Source of the DNA: Candidatus Poribacteria bacterium
GTDB taxonomy: Bacteria > Poribacteria > WGA-4E > PCPOR2b
NCBI GenBank assembly: GCA_965198175.1
Contig: OZ240245.1
Span: forward strand, 4,544,001 to 4,608,000
Direction of reading: 5' to 3'
DNA: 64,000 nucleotides
Shown here: positions 9,434 through 20,305 of the stretch, in pieces
How positions within the stretch are numbered: the stretch's first letter is position 1
How the letters are laid out: each line of letters opens with the position of its first letter
Notes under the pieces: model-generated
Databases searched by the model: none
Seen by the model: the letters and a program-made list of their open reading frames with translations, nothing else
Told to the model about the DNA's origin: nothing
Translations under genes and position numbers: made by a program

Positions 9434-12400
9434 ATGGATAGCAGACCAAATCCTTCGCAAGAGTTTTCACCGGGTCAAATCGTCACCTTGAAATCAGATC
9501 CTTCGGTTCGCGGTGCAGTTGTTAGCGTGACGCCAGCAACCCCTGAAAACAGAGTTGGCGTTTTTGTTGATGGAAACGTTCAGACCTTTTACGCATCTCA
9601 GTTGCAGGTTGAAACCGAGCGTGACGACGAATTGCAGGATCTCACATGCGACCAATTTCACGCCTACCTGACTGCCCTGCAGATTCGCTATCCCGGCTTA
9701 TCGAATTTGTATTCGCTCAACGCGGCTCGTGTAGACTTCGTTCCCTACCAATACCGACCTGTCCTGAGATTCATCCGCTCCGATCGGCCGAGATTGCTAA
9801 TTGCCGATAGCGTCGGTGTGGGAAAAACCATTGAGGCAGGGTTGATTCTCCGAGAGTTGCAGGCGCGACGTGATATCAAATCTGTTCTCATCATTTGCCC
9901 TCGTCCCCTAGTCACCGAGCAAAAGTGGCGAAGGGAGATGAAAAGATTTTCCGAAGATTTTACTCATCTTGACGGGAAACTCTTACAATATTGCATCAAT
10001 GAAACACATTTAGCTGGGGAGTGGCCAGAGCAACATCAGAAGATCATTCTGCCCTACTCGTTGTTCGACAAAGAGCTTCTTCATGGTCGAGACGGCAATC
10101 AACGACGAAGGCGGACAAGAGGGTTGTTGGATCTAGATCCGCCCCCGCGTTTCGATCTAGTGATTGTAGACGAGGCGCACCACATCCGAAACCAGAACAC
10201 TGCCAATCACGAAGTTGTTCGGTTTTTCTGTGAGCATGCCGAAGCCGCGGTATTTCTAACCGCTACGCCTATCCAACTTGGCAGTCAAGACCTGTTTGTT
10301 CTGCTGAACACACTTCGTCCCGACCTTATCTTGGATGAGGAAGGCTTTAGACATATGTCGGAGCCAAACCTATTTATCAACCAAGCCGTTGATGCTGCGC
10401 GTTCGCAGGAGCGAGGATGGAGGCGTCAGGCAAGTATAGCCCTAAAGCAAGCCGCGGAAACCCCGTGGGGACAATCTATTCTGAGGAGTAATCCCGAATT
10501 CAGGCGCATCCGAAGTCAACTTTCAAGCGAATTAATCACCAATACGGAGCGGATACAACTCATTACGGATATTGAAGTGCTTCACACGTTCTCCGGCATC
10601 ATCAACAGAACCCGACGCCGCGACATCGGGGAGTTCACAATTCGCCGCTCACAAACCGTAGAGGTTGAATTAACCCCCGACCAAGAACAGATTCATGAAA
10701 TGGTGCTTGAGACGCAAGCGGAGATATTCCGCAGGCTTCACGGCGATCAGCATGTAAAATTTATGATGACGACAATCCGCAGACAACTCGCAAGTTGTCT
10801 ATACGGACTTGAACCGTTACTTGAAGAGATTCTGCGTCGCCATCTCGACGAACTTGCTTGGGCGGAAGCGGATTCTACGGAATCCATGCCACAAGAAGAG
10901 ACCGTGAATCGGATACAAGATCGGATTGAAGCGATACTTGAAAAGGTGAGGACCATAACCTCACCAGATCTGAAACTAGAAAAACTCCAAAAGATTATAC
11001 TTGAGAGGCATAACCTCCCCAATAACAAGGTGATGGTGTTTAGCAGTTTCCGTCATACACTCGCCTATCTTTTCAAACACCTAGAGTCCGATGGTATTCG
11101 CATCGGGATGGTGCATGGCGGGACACCGGATGAAGAACGGGTTGAGTTGAGGAATCGTTTTGAAACGTCGAAAGAGGAGAACGATAGTCTTGACGTAATG
11201 TTGTTCTCGGAAGTGGGGTGCGAAGGATTAGATTACCAATTCTGCGACTGTATTGTCAACTATGACCTGCCGTGGAACCCGATGAAGATTGAACAACGGA
11301 TAGGACGTATTGATCGAAAGGGGCAGAAGAGCGAGCACGTTACCATTATCAACCTGATAACGCCGGGGACGGTTGATGCAGATATTTATGAACGCTGCCT
11401 GCTCCGCATCGGTGTGTTCCAGAGTGCGTTGGGGGGCAGCGAAGAAATCCTCGGCGAAATTTCGACGGAACTCCGGGAAATCGCCGAGAATTTTGACTTA
11501 ACCGAGCAAGAACGAAGAACCAAGTTGCAGCAGTTGGCGGACAACCAGATTCGGTTGATACAGGAAAAAGAGCGGCTGGAAAATCAGCAGTTGGAGCTTT
11601 TCGGCATCCGTCTTCCAAACGACAGCATGGAGAAGGAGGTGGAAGATGCGTCCAGTTTCTGGTTGTCACCCGAATCTATACAGCGACTTGTCACGCTCTA
11701 TCTTCAAAGAAGATTGGAGCCTGAGCGAGAATACATCCTTGGTGAAAGGTCGCTAAAAACGCTGCGACTATCGGAATCAGCGAGAGGCACCTTATTGCGC
11801 GATTTGCAGCAACTTCCGAGAGAAAGGAGTCCAGTTTATAGAGAGTGGGAGAATTGGCTAAAGGGCGATGATCAACATCTACACGTTACGTTTGAGGCAG
11901 AGGGCGCGTCTCAACATCCTAAAGCCGCGTTCATCATGCCAATACACCCCTTAGTCAAACAAGCGGCACTGGCGCTAGAAAAGGAACAAAACGTATTCGC
12001 TGCCCTGAAAACCCAAACCCATGATGTTCCGGCAGGGCGTTACGATTTTGCGATTTACCAGTGGCAGTTTCACGGTATCAAAGAGGACATGATTCTGAAG
12101 TCCATTGCATTGGAGGAGGCGTTAACCCCAGATCTTAGCCGGCTATTAGAGAAGGCGTTGGATAGTGACGTGCAAGGGACCAATCAGCCGCCTATGCGGA
12201 ACGAATTAGAAACTTTGCACCAGCGCTTGTGGGCAGAAGCGCGTGAAGACCATCGACAGCGTACTAAAGCACTCGGGTCTTACCGCAGAGAGAGTCTATC
12301 AACGAGCCATCAGGCGCGTGTGGCGCTGTTGCGCGAACAATTGCGACAGGCAACCTCGGAAAACATCCGGAGGATGAGACAACACCAGATAGCCAATGCG

Positions 12401-12511
12401 GAGGCAGATTACAATCGACGCATTCGGGAGCTAGAAACTGCAATGGAGAGAGCCGACATTACGGCGGAGCTGGTAGCGTACGGGATTTTGGAAGTACAAA
12501 GAAACGCCTGA
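9434..12511 (+). CDS. SNF2/RapA-like SF2 helicase (DISARM DrmD / BrxHII-like architecture)
   Basis: LLIADSVGVGKT, DEAH, LTATP, EGLDYQ, NYDLPWNPMKIEQRIGRIDR; Tudor-like N-terminus and coiled-coil C-terminus; start refined to MDSRP after GAGGA. Confidence 0.9.
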   Translation: MDSRPNPSQEFSPGQIVTLKSDPSVRGAVVSVTPATPENRVGVFVDGNVQTFYASQLQVETERDDELQDLTCDQFHAYLTALQIRYPGLSNLYSLNAARVDFVPYQYRPVLRFIRSDRPRLLIADSVGVGKTIEAGLILRELQARRDIKSVLIICPRPLVTEQKWRREMKRFSEDFTHLDGKLLQYCINETHLAGEWPEQHQKIILPYSLFDKELLHGRDGNQRRRRTRGLLDLDPPPRFDLVIVDEAHHIRNQNTANHEVVRFFCEHAEAAVFLTATPIQLGSQDLFVLLNTLRPDLILDEEGFRHMSEPNLFINQAVDAARSQERGWRRQASIALKQAAETPWGQSILRSNPEFRRIRSQLSSELITNTERIQLITDIEVLHTFSGIINRTRRRDIGEFTIRRSQTVEVELTPDQEQIHEMVLETQAEIFRRLHGDQHVKFMMTTIRRQLASCLYGLEPLLEEILRRHLDELAWAEADSTESMPQEETVNRIQDRIEAILEKVRTITSPDLKLEKLQKIILERHNLPNNKVMVFSSFRHTLAYLFKHLESDGIRIGMVHGGTPDEERVELRNRFETSKEENDSLDVMLFSEVGCEGLDYQFCDCIVNYDLPWNPMKIEQRIGRIDRKGQKSEHVTIINLITPGTVDADIYERCLLRIGVFQSALGGSEEILGEISTELREIAENFDLTEQERRTKLQQLADNQIRLIQEKERLENQQLELFGIRLPNDSMEKEVEDASSFWLSPESIQRLVTLYLQRRLEPEREYILGERSLKTLRLSESARGTLLRDLQQLPRERSPVYREWENWLKGDDQHLHVTFEAEGASQHPKAAFIMPIHPLVKQAALALEKEQNVFAALKTQTHDVPAGRYDFAIYQWQFHGIKEDMILKSIALEEALTPDLSRLLEKALDSDVQGTNQPPMRNELETLHQRLWAEAREDHRQRTKALGSYRRESLSTSHQARVALLREQLRQATSENIRRMRQHQIANAEADYNRRIRELETAMERADITAELVAYGILEVQRNA

Positions 12512-12526
12512 AAATTCGATTTTTTA

Positions 12527-12556
12527 TTTGTAGATGTTTTCTGTTTGTAGATGTTT
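12527..12556. repeat. 13-bp direct repeat TTTGTAGATGTTT x2 in the helicase-ATPase spacer
   Basis: Copies at 12527-12539 and 12544-12556. Confidence 0.6.
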
Positions 12557-12594
12557 AATGAATATGGCTATGACACCTGCAAGGAGATGAACAC

Positions 12595-15500
12595 ATGCCG
12601 AGTGATTACAAAGCAATAACAGCACATAACGAAAAACAATTGGGGGAAGATACCGCCTCTCGCAAAACACAGGTCTCTATGTACTCAGATTCTACTCACT
12701 TTGTGTACGAGATTCTACAGAATGCAGATGACTATGGGGCTACGGAAGTATGCTTCAAACTTTCTAAAAATGATATTGTGATTGAACACAATGGAGAACC
12801 GTTTACTGAGAAAAATGTCGAGGCGATTACTTACTTCGGTAAAAGCACTAGCCGCGACGATCTCGTAAAAACAGGACGATTCGGTGTAGGCTTCAAGTCT
12901 GTTTTCGCTTTTACAGCAAAGCCAATCATCATTTCAGGCAATGAACACTTCCAAATATACGGTCTGTACCGCATTAGAGAATATCCCTATCCCGATGGTT
13001 TTTCACGTTGCCGGACTCGCATCGTTCTTCCCTTCAACCACGAATCCGAGCAACCGGACTTTGTCGAAAAACTAATGCGGCGAGAAGAAGCGTACACACA
13101 AATATCAGAATGTTTGACCAAACTCAACATGAACACATTACTGTTCACGCAAAATATTCAGGAATTTCGTTGGGAAATAGATAATCACTCCTCGTGTTAC
13201 CGGCGCGAAGATAAAATGGAAAATAATGTACGATTCACTACGATTACAAACGGTAAACGTGAAAATAAATACGTGGTATTCTCGAAAACTCCGAAGTGGA
13301 AGAATAAAGCGGTAGAGATCGCCTTTGTGGTCGATACGCCGGATCAACTTTCACCAATAGACAATGATTCCCTTTACGTACTCTTTAAGACAGAAGAAAA
13401 AACGGGCTTGAAATTCATACTTAATGGACCTTACCGTACTAACCCAGCCAGAGAAACAATATCAAAAACTGATGATTTCAATCTCCATCTTGTGAAGGTT
13501 ACATGCGAATTAATGAAGGATGCACTTCCCTATCTCAGAGACAAGAATCTACTAACGGTCGAATTTCTGTCGATTCTCCCAAATCAAAAGGACACACTAC
13601 AGGATTTCTACGCCCCGCTCCGTGATACTATAATTGGTGATTTTTGCAATGAAAAACTGACACCGACAAAACGGGGTAACCATGCCCCTGCATCAAGCCT
13701 GTATCGCGGGAGCCGCCAACTAATCAATCTGATTGACGATAGGGATTTGGCAACGCTTCTTGGAAGAAACAGTTCTGCACCACTGTGGGTTGCCATTCCT
13801 AAATTATTGAAACAACGAGACGAATTGGGGCGATATATCAGAGACGACGATGCACGCTTGCAAAACGAGAGGGTCGGCGATTTTTTTAACATGCTAGAAA
13901 TTGATGGATGGACAACCGAAGACTTTATAGAGGTGTTAGAAACCGAGTCTGAACAGGTAGTGGAATTGCTGCAAGGAAAATCGGAGGCATGGCACGAGGA
14001 ATTATATGTGTTTCTTGGCGAGTTTTTATCAACCACTTCGAATTCGCTTTATAGGCACGAGCGCACGCGCAGATTATCAAACCTTCGCATCGTTCGCTGC
14101 AGCGACAGTATCTACAGGGTTGGGAGTAAATGCCATTTCCCCGGTGTTGACACGGAAAATAGCGAAGATTTGCTCTCTGTCAGCACAGTTTCTGAAGAGG
14201 AGAGCCAGTCCCAGAGTCAAGTAGAAGATGAATACGAGGAAGATTTTCACTACGTTGCCAAAGGCGTTTACGCATCTGGGCAAAATAAAGATCAGCAGGA
14301 TAAAGCCCGTGGGTTTCTAAAAACTATCGGAGTTTGTGAGGTTGACGAAGTCGCACGGATTAAGGTAATTTTGAAGCAGCGATACACGCGTGGATTAATT
14401 AAACCTCGCAAGGCAGACTTGGAAAGATTCATTAAACTCGTGGCAGCGAATCTAAGTATGGCAGAGTTGTTCACATCTTACCCTATTTTTCAGATTGATA
14501 AGGATTTGGACAACAAAGGAGAGTGGAAAACCCCAAAAGAAATCTTTCTAGACTCTCCTCATCTTGATACCGGTTTGACAGCGTACTATGAAGCGCTTGA
14601 TGAGGACTCAGAAGGATGGAAATGGCCCTTGTCAGCGAAGAATGAGCGATCCGGTATAAGCCTAGAGCGGCTTGCAAAATTCGCCAAAGCGGTGGGAGTG
14701 GAGACAGAACTACAGATATCCAAGCACGATATTCCAGACGATCATCCTGAATGGAATCGGCTTAGGAATGCTCCAGGTGACCGGCTGACTGACACAAGCA
14801 TTAATGAAGATTATAGCATTTGTGAATTTAATGTCTTGTATGATAACCCTTCAATTGATAAAGCGAAGTTGATTTGGCGAACGATGCATTCTCTGTCTGA
14901 ACGTTATCTGAAAGCGCGGTTTCGACGGAACCAGTCAAATGAACTTCGAGATGCGAAATCTAATCTCGTACATTGTTTAAAGGAAACAGAATGGGTACCG
15001 CAGAAAGATGGCGATTCTATTTGCTTTGTACTTCCTCGGGTTGCACGGATCGAAGAGCTTCCTGATGGTTTTAAATGCGTAACGGGGCAAGCATGGCTTG
15101 AAGCCATCGAATTTGGTAAGATTGCTAGAGAACAGGAATCACAATATATCCAACCAAACCAACACGCAAGAGAAATGGGATTCGACTCCGATGACCATGC
15201 TAAGAAAATGGCAATAATTGCTAATGATTTGAAGGCACAAGGCAAATCCCTCGAGGAAATAATTGACAGAAACCGCCGCAAAGAACGGCGGAAAGAACTC
15301 CTCATTATAGATCTTAATCATGCTGATGAAAGGCGATATGAGGTTCGCGCGCGACGTATTAGAACCACCCGTGCCAGCATTGACCCCAGAACTCGCTTGG
15401 TAGAAGAGTATCCTACGGGAATAAACGAAGTAGAATGCCAGATGTGTAGACGGCCCATGCCGTTCAAAAAGTATAACTCTGATGACGACTACTTTGAGGC

Positions 15501-15774
15501 GGTGGAAGCATTAAACAAAAAGCATTTTCCGAAAGAACACGAAGCTCAATATTTGGCACTGTGTCCGGAATGTGCGGCAAAATACAAGGAATACGTAAAG
15601 CGCCGCAAAAAGGCTCGAAAAGCTTTATACAGAGTTCTGAAGGATTCAGATGACCCTGAAGTGTCATTAGAAATGAACGGCTTTACGATACGCATTAAAT
15701 TTACGGAGAAACACTGGCAAGATTTGAAAACGGTTCTATACTACTATGCGAACATCTATGAAGGTGAATGTTGA
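12595..15774 (+). CDS. Sacsin/NOV-like GHKL ATPase with C-terminal Zn-binding HNH-like domain
   Basis: HFVYEILQNADD, HNGEPF and GRFGVGFKSVF GHKL motifs; C-terminal CQMC...YFEAVE...LALCPECAAKY. Confidence 0.8.
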   Translation: MPSDYKAITAHNEKQLGEDTASRKTQVSMYSDSTHFVYEILQNADDYGATEVCFKLSKNDIVIEHNGEPFTEKNVEAITYFGKSTSRDDLVKTGRFGVGFKSVFAFTAKPIIISGNEHFQIYGLYRIREYPYPDGFSRCRTRIVLPFNHESEQPDFVEKLMRREEAYTQISECLTKLNMNTLLFTQNIQEFRWEIDNHSSCYRREDKMENNVRFTTITNGKRENKYVVFSKTPKWKNKAVEIAFVVDTPDQLSPIDNDSLYVLFKTEEKTGLKFILNGPYRTNPARETISKTDDFNLHLVKVTCELMKDALPYLRDKNLLTVEFLSILPNQKDTLQDFYAPLRDTIIGDFCNEKLTPTKRGNHAPASSLYRGSRQLINLIDDRDLATLLGRNSSAPLWVAIPKLLKQRDELGRYIRDDDARLQNERVGDFFNMLEIDGWTTEDFIEVLETESEQVVELLQGKSEAWHEELYVFLGEFLSTTSNSLYRHERTRRLSNLRIVRCSDSIYRVGSKCHFPGVDTENSEDLLSVSTVSEEESQSQSQVEDEYEEDFHYVAKGVYASGQNKDQQDKARGFLKTIGVCEVDEVARIKVILKQRYTRGLIKPRKADLERFIKLVAANLSMAELFTSYPIFQIDKDLDNKGEWKTPKEIFLDSPHLDTGLTAYYEALDEDSEGWKWPLSAKNERSGISLERLAKFAKAVGVETELQISKHDIPDDHPEWNRLRNAPGDRLTDTSINEDYSICEFNVLYDNPSIDKAKLIWRTMHSLSERYLKARFRRNQSNELRDAKSNLVHCLKETEWVPQKDGDSICFVLPRVARIEELPDGFKCVTGQAWLEAIEFGKIAREQESQYIQPNQHAREMGFDSDDHAKKMAIIANDLKAQGKSLEEIIDRNRRKERRKELLIIDLNHADERRYEVRARRIRTTRASIDPRTRLVEEYPTGINEVECQMCRRPMPFKKYNSDDDYFEAVEALNKKHFPKEHEAQYLALCPECAAKYKEYVKRRKKARKALYRVLKDSDDPEVSLEMNGFTIRIKFTEKHWQDLKTVLYYYANIYEGEC

Positions 15775-15814
15775 GGTCTCCACAGCCAAAAAAAAGAAGG
15801 TTTGCAGAAAAACC

Positions 15815-16030
15815 TACACTGACCTGTAACGAGGCGGCGATTAACTGCCTACCAACTGCTATCTTCCAAATTTAACGTCCCGTCAATGAAAAGGAAATGT
15901 GGGAAAAATTGTCGACGGAAATATCCCTGAATTTGAGGAAAATCCCTCAAATATGTTTGTTAATCTCTTTGGCCTCAACCCATCTCACATCTTCACTCAG
16001 TACAGAAGCCGAACACAACGATATGCGTCT
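15815..16030 (+). pseudogene. Second, more decayed copy of the methyltransferase fragment (direct repeat of 9128-9339)
   Basis: Shared runs TACACTGACCTG, GCCTACCAAC, GCTATCTTCCAAATT and AACGTCCCGTCAATGA; GAA>TAA stop and indels. Confidence 0.75.
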
Positions 16031-16188
16031 ACCTAGATAGTTCCCATTTCCCACCGTATTCGAGCGCAATTTTGGCATTCAGACCACCGCACAGGTGGAA
16101 AAATGCTTATAATCATTGGTTTGCGCCAAAAATTTCAGCTTGAGGCAACCTTTTTTGATTTTAAGTGTGGAAATTTAGGTGGGGGAAC

Positions 16189-16217
16189 TTGACATAGGGC
16201 AAATCTTATTGTATAAT
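16189..16217 (+). promoter_or_regulatory. Consensus sigma70 promoter for rpoBC
   Basis: TTGACA-N17-TATAAT exact match about 90 bp upstream of rpoB. Confidence 0.85.
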
Positions 16218-16305
16218 ATCAAGTTTGCGTGGTTTACAAATAGGATCATTGAAAATAAGTCAATACGCCATCCCCCTTTAACCTTCTAAGCATAAAGGTG
16301 AAAGC

Positions 16306-19300
16306 ATGTCCTACCGCATCAAATTTGGCAAGCGTGAACGACGACCCTTCGCAAAAATTCCAGAGATTATGAATCTCCCCGACCTGATTGAGGTCCAAAA
16401 GTTCTCCTACGACAAATTCTTACAGCGAAACGTCGATCCCGATGAACGTGAAGGTAGCGGGCTGCAAGCCATCTTAGGCGAAATTTTCCCAATTACTGAT
16501 TTCAGCGAAACTTCTAGCCTCGAATTTGTTAATTACACCCTTAGTCCCCCCAAATACGATATAAATGAATGCCAATCTCGCGGATTTACCTATGCTGTTC
16601 CGCTCAAGATTCGCGTTCGTTTGGTCTTTCGAGAACAGGATAAAGACACAGGTGACAAGGTCACGATCGACATCAAAGAAAACGAAGTCTATATGGGCGA
16701 AATTCCCCTGATGACGGAAAATGGCACCTTCGTAATCAACGGTGCGGAACGGGTGATTGTTAGCCAACTCCACCGTTCGCCTGGGACAAGCTTTAGCGAG
16801 GATACCCATACCAGCGGCCAGAAGCTTTTCATGGCAAGGATTATCCCGTATCGCGGCGAGTGGATCGAGTTTGAATGCGACATCAAAGATTTGATTCATG
16901 TCCGTTTGGCTCGGCGCAAAAAGATGCTCGTCACTGTGCTGCTTCGCGCACTCGGTTGGGAAACCGATGAGCAAGTTCTCAAGCTATTTGCAAAAGTCGA
17001 CAGATACGCAGTTGTGAACGACCTGGCTACAGTTCAGGCGCTGGAAGGTCGAGTCACAGCCAGTCCTGTCGTCAATCCGAATACCGGAGAAGTGCTGTTG
17101 GAAGCCAACACAGAGCTGACGGATGATCGCGTGACTGTAATCATGGATTCGGGAGTCGGTGAGATTGAAGTATTAGATGAAAAAGATGCAGAACAAATCC
17201 GATTATTAAGGAATACCCTCGAACGTGACCGCCAATCTGATTACAGAGCTGGGCACATTCAGGATCAAGCCCTGGTGGAAATTTTCCGCAAACTGCAACC
17301 GGGCGATCCGCCGACGCTTGAGAGCGCGCGTAATCGTTTTGAAAAGATGGTCTTCGATCCAGTCCGATATGACCTCTCCCGAGTCGGACGTTACAAGCTC
17401 AATGAAAAACTAGGTGGGCTTTCTATTTACCATAATGGCGGCGGAATAGTTGATGAAACTGTGCGTATCCTGCGGAAAGAAGATATTGCAGCAGCGCTCA
17501 AATACCTTATTGACCTCCAAAACGGCGACGGAGAAACGGACGATATCGATCACCTAGGCAATCGTCGCGTGCGAGCGGTCGGGGAGTTGCTGCAAAACCA
17601 GGTGCGGATGGGAATAATGCGCGTTATGCGGGCAACCCGTGAACGGATGACAATCCAGGAGCTCGAAAACACCACGGCGACGGATCTCATCAATCCCAAA
17701 CCGCTGGCAGCGGCAATTAAAGATTTCTTCGGATCTAGCCAACTCTCCCAGTTTATGCAGCAGACCAACCCGCTAGACGAATTGACCCATAAACGTCGAC
17801 TCAGCGCGCTTGGTCCGGGGGGATTGCATCGTGAACGAGCAACTTTTGAGGTCCGCGATGTCCACCGAACTCACTACGGCAGGGTGTGTCCGATTGAGAC
17901 ACCAGAAGGGCCCTCCGTTGGCTTGATTGTCTCGTTGAGCACGTATGCGCGGGTGAACACCTACGGTTTTCTGGAGACTCCGTACCGGAAGGTGGTCCAT
18001 GGGCAAGCCACAGATCAGATTGACTATCTGACGGCGGACAAAGAGGATGATTTCGCCATTGCACAAGCGAACACTGTACTTGATGACGGCGGTAACCTGG
18101 TTGAGGATGAGCTGGTTGCGCGATTCAAGGGGGATTTTCCCCGGAAATCGCCCAAAGAAATAGATTACATTGATGTGTCCCCCAAGCAGATTGTAGGCGT
18201 CTCCGCGGCGCTCATTCCTTTCCTTGAACATGACGATGCGAACCGAGCATTAATGGGAAGTAACATGCAGCGCCAGGCTGTGCCTCTGATTAGCCCCCAG
18301 GCGCCTCGAATCGGTACTGGTATGGAATCCAAAGCCGCTCGAGATTCGGGTGCGGTGGTTCTGGCAAAGCGAGACGGAACTGTTGAAAGTGTTTCCGCCT
18401 CTGAGATTATTATCCGCACCGATGACGCCTTTCATGTTGATGGCGGGGAACAATCCTTTTCGGAGATGGGCTACGATGTCTACCGCCTAATGAACTTTAG
18501 GCGATCCAACAATGGGACATGTATCCACCAACGTCCTTGTGTTGATGTCGGCGAAAAGGTTAAAGCCAGACAAGTAATTGCCGATGGCACATCGACCGAT
18601 AACGGCGAACTTGCACTGGGCAGCAATGTGCTCGTAGCGTTTATGCCGTGGGAGGGCTATAACTTTGAGGACGCCATTTTAATCAGTGAGTCACTGGTCA
18701 CTGATGATACTTTTACCTCTATCCATATTGATGAGTTTGAAGTTGAAGCACGAGATACGAAGATGGGTAGAGAAGAAATTACCCGTGATATTCCTAACCT
18801 CCCTGAGGAAGCGCTTAGCCAACTTGACGATGAGGGAATCATCCGAGTCGGATCAATCGTAAAACCGGGCAGTATTCTCGTCGGGAAGGTGACTCCGAAA
18901 GGTGAGAGCGATCTCGGACCGGAAGAGAAGTTGTTGCGTGCTATCTTCGGAGAGAAAGTGGGAGAAGTGCGCGACGCTTCGACGTATGCCCGGACGGGAG
19001 TTGAAGGCGTAGTAATCGATGTCAGGGTTTTTTCTCGAAGGGATCGGGATAAGGATCGCCAGGCACAACTTCGGGAAGCTGCCAAAGAAAAAGAAGTAGA
19101 GAAAGAGTGGGGATCCAAATGCGCACTAATTCAGCAGCGTGAAGTTGCAGAGATTCGAAACGCACTATTAGGCGGGACGCTCGCCACCGATATCCGTAAA
19201 CCCGGACCAGAGGATTTGGAAGAAGAGATTGTGGCGCGACGTGGAGATGTGGTTACTGAAGAGATGATTGACAGTAGTGCTCCTCTTGGAGATTTTCATG

Positions 19301-20223
19301 TGACCGATTCTGAAGCGATGGAACGTATTGCCCGCATTCGTTATTTGGCGCAAGGTCGAGTTGCAGCCTTAGCAACGGAAAAGGAGGCGATGATTGAGAA
19401 GATTCGCAAAGGGGATGAACTCAAGCCGGGCGTAATCAAACTCGTGAAGGTCTTTGTGGCGAATCGTCGAAAAATTGCTGTTGGTGATAAGATAGCAGGG
19501 CGGCATGGGAACAAGGGAGTGGTGGCAAAAATTCTTCCGGAGGAAGACATGCCGTATTTGGAGGACGGCACCCCTGTGGAAATTGTGTTAAACCCTTTGG
19601 GCGTACCCTCGCGCATGAACGTTGGACAGATTCTCGAAACACATCTCGGCTGGGCGGTTGAAAAATTAGGTTTATACATCGCAACACCTGTTTTTGACGG
19701 TGCCACAGAAAGCGAGATTCGAGAATTGTTGAAGAAAGCTGGACTTCCACCAACAGGAAAGGCGAAACTTTACGATGGTAGAACTGGTGCCCCTTTCGAG
19801 CAGGAAATCACAGTCGGCTATGCCTATATCCTTAAGTTGAACCATCTGGTCGATGATAAAATTCACGCCCGCAGTACGGGACCATATTCCTTGGTGACCC
19901 AGCAACCGCTGGGTGGGAAAGCCCAACAAGGTGGGCAACGATTTGGCGAGATGGAAGTTTGGGCGTTGGAGGCTTACGGTGCCGCTTACACACTTCAAGA
20001 GTTGTTGACCATCAAATCGGATGATGTCGCCGGCAGAAGTAAGATTTATGAAGCCATTGTTAAGGGCGAAAATGCCCCGGCTCCTGGCACACCGGAGTCC
20101 TTTAACGTGCTAGTGAAGGAACTACAGAGTTTATGTCTGGATGTTAATCTGGAGGAAATAGGTGATATCCCCGAAGAACTTGAGTTTGATCCGGATGCGA
20201 CCAATTGGGAAGAAAAGAATTGA
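16306..20223 (+). CDS. rpoB: DNA-directed RNA polymerase beta subunit
   Basis: [49 protein letters not shown]. Confidence 0.99.
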   Translation: MSYRIKFGKRERRPFAKIPEIMNLPDLIEVQKFSYDKFLQRNVDPDEREGSGLQAILGEIFPITDFSETSSLEFVNYTLSPPKYDINECQSRGFTYAVPLKIRVRLVFREQDKDTGDKVTIDIKENEVYMGEIPLMTENGTFVINGAERVIVSQLHRSPGTSFSEDTHTSGQKLFMARIIPYRGEWIEFECDIKDLIHVRLARRKKMLVTVLLRALGWETDEQVLKLFAKVDRYAVVNDLATVQALEGRVTASPVVNPNTGEVLLEANTELTDDRVTVIMDSGVGEIEVLDEKDAEQIRLLRNTLERDRQSDYRAGHIQDQALVEIFRKLQPGDPPTLESARNRFEKMVFDPVRYDLSRVGRYKLNEKLGGLSIYHNGGGIVDETVRILRKEDIAAALKYLIDLQNGDGETDDIDHLGNRRVRAVGELLQNQVRMGIMRVMRATRERMTIQELENTTATDLINPKPLAAAIKDFFGSSQLSQFMQQTNPLDELTHKRRLSALGPGGLHRERATFEVRDVHRTHYGRVCPIETPEGPSVGLIVSLSTYARVNTYGFLETPYRKVVHGQATDQIDYLTADKEDDFAIAQANTVLDDGGNLVEDELVARFKGDFPRKSPKEIDYIDVSPKQIVGVSAALIPFLEHDDANRALMGSNMQRQAVPLISPQAPRIGTGMESKAARDSGAVVLAKRDGTVESVSASEIIIRTDDAFHVDGGEQSFSEMGYDVYRLMNFRRSNNGTCIHQRPCVDVGEKVKARQVIADGTSTDNGELALGSNVLVAFMPWEGYNFEDAILISESLVTDDTFTSIHIDEFEVEARDTKMGREEITRDIPNLPEEALSQLDDEGIIRVGSIVKPGSILVGKVTPKGESDLGPEEKLLRAIFGEKVGEVRDASTYARTGVEGVVIDVRVFSRRDRDKDRQAQLREAAKEKEVEKEWGSKCALIQQREVAEIRNALLGGTLATDIRKPGPEDLEEEIVARRGDVVTEEMIDSSAPLGDFHVTDSEAMERIARIRYLAQGRVAALATEKEAMIEKIRKGDELKPGVIKLVKVFVANRRKIAVGDKIAGRHGNKGVVAKILPEEDMPYLEDGTPVEIVLNPLGVPSRMNVGQILETHLGWAVEKLGLYIATPVFDGATESEIRELLKKAGLPPTGKAKLYDGRTGAPFEQEITVGYAYILKLNHLVDDKIHARSTGPYSLVTQQPLGGKAQQGGQRFGEMEVWALEAYGAAYTLQELLTIKSDDVAGRSKIYEAIVKGENAPAPGTPESFNVLVKELQSLCLDVNLEEIGDIPEELEFDPDATNWEEKN

Positions 20224-20305
20224 GCTTAGAAATTATATGGAAGATTAAGGTTAATGAAAAGTACGAAACTTTTCAAATACCCGTATGTATATAAGGAGAA
20301 ACGCC

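Noticed and set aside
9434..12511. Complete DISARM or BREX system
   Set aside because: No drmA/B/C, pglZ/brxC or intact methyltransferase in the window
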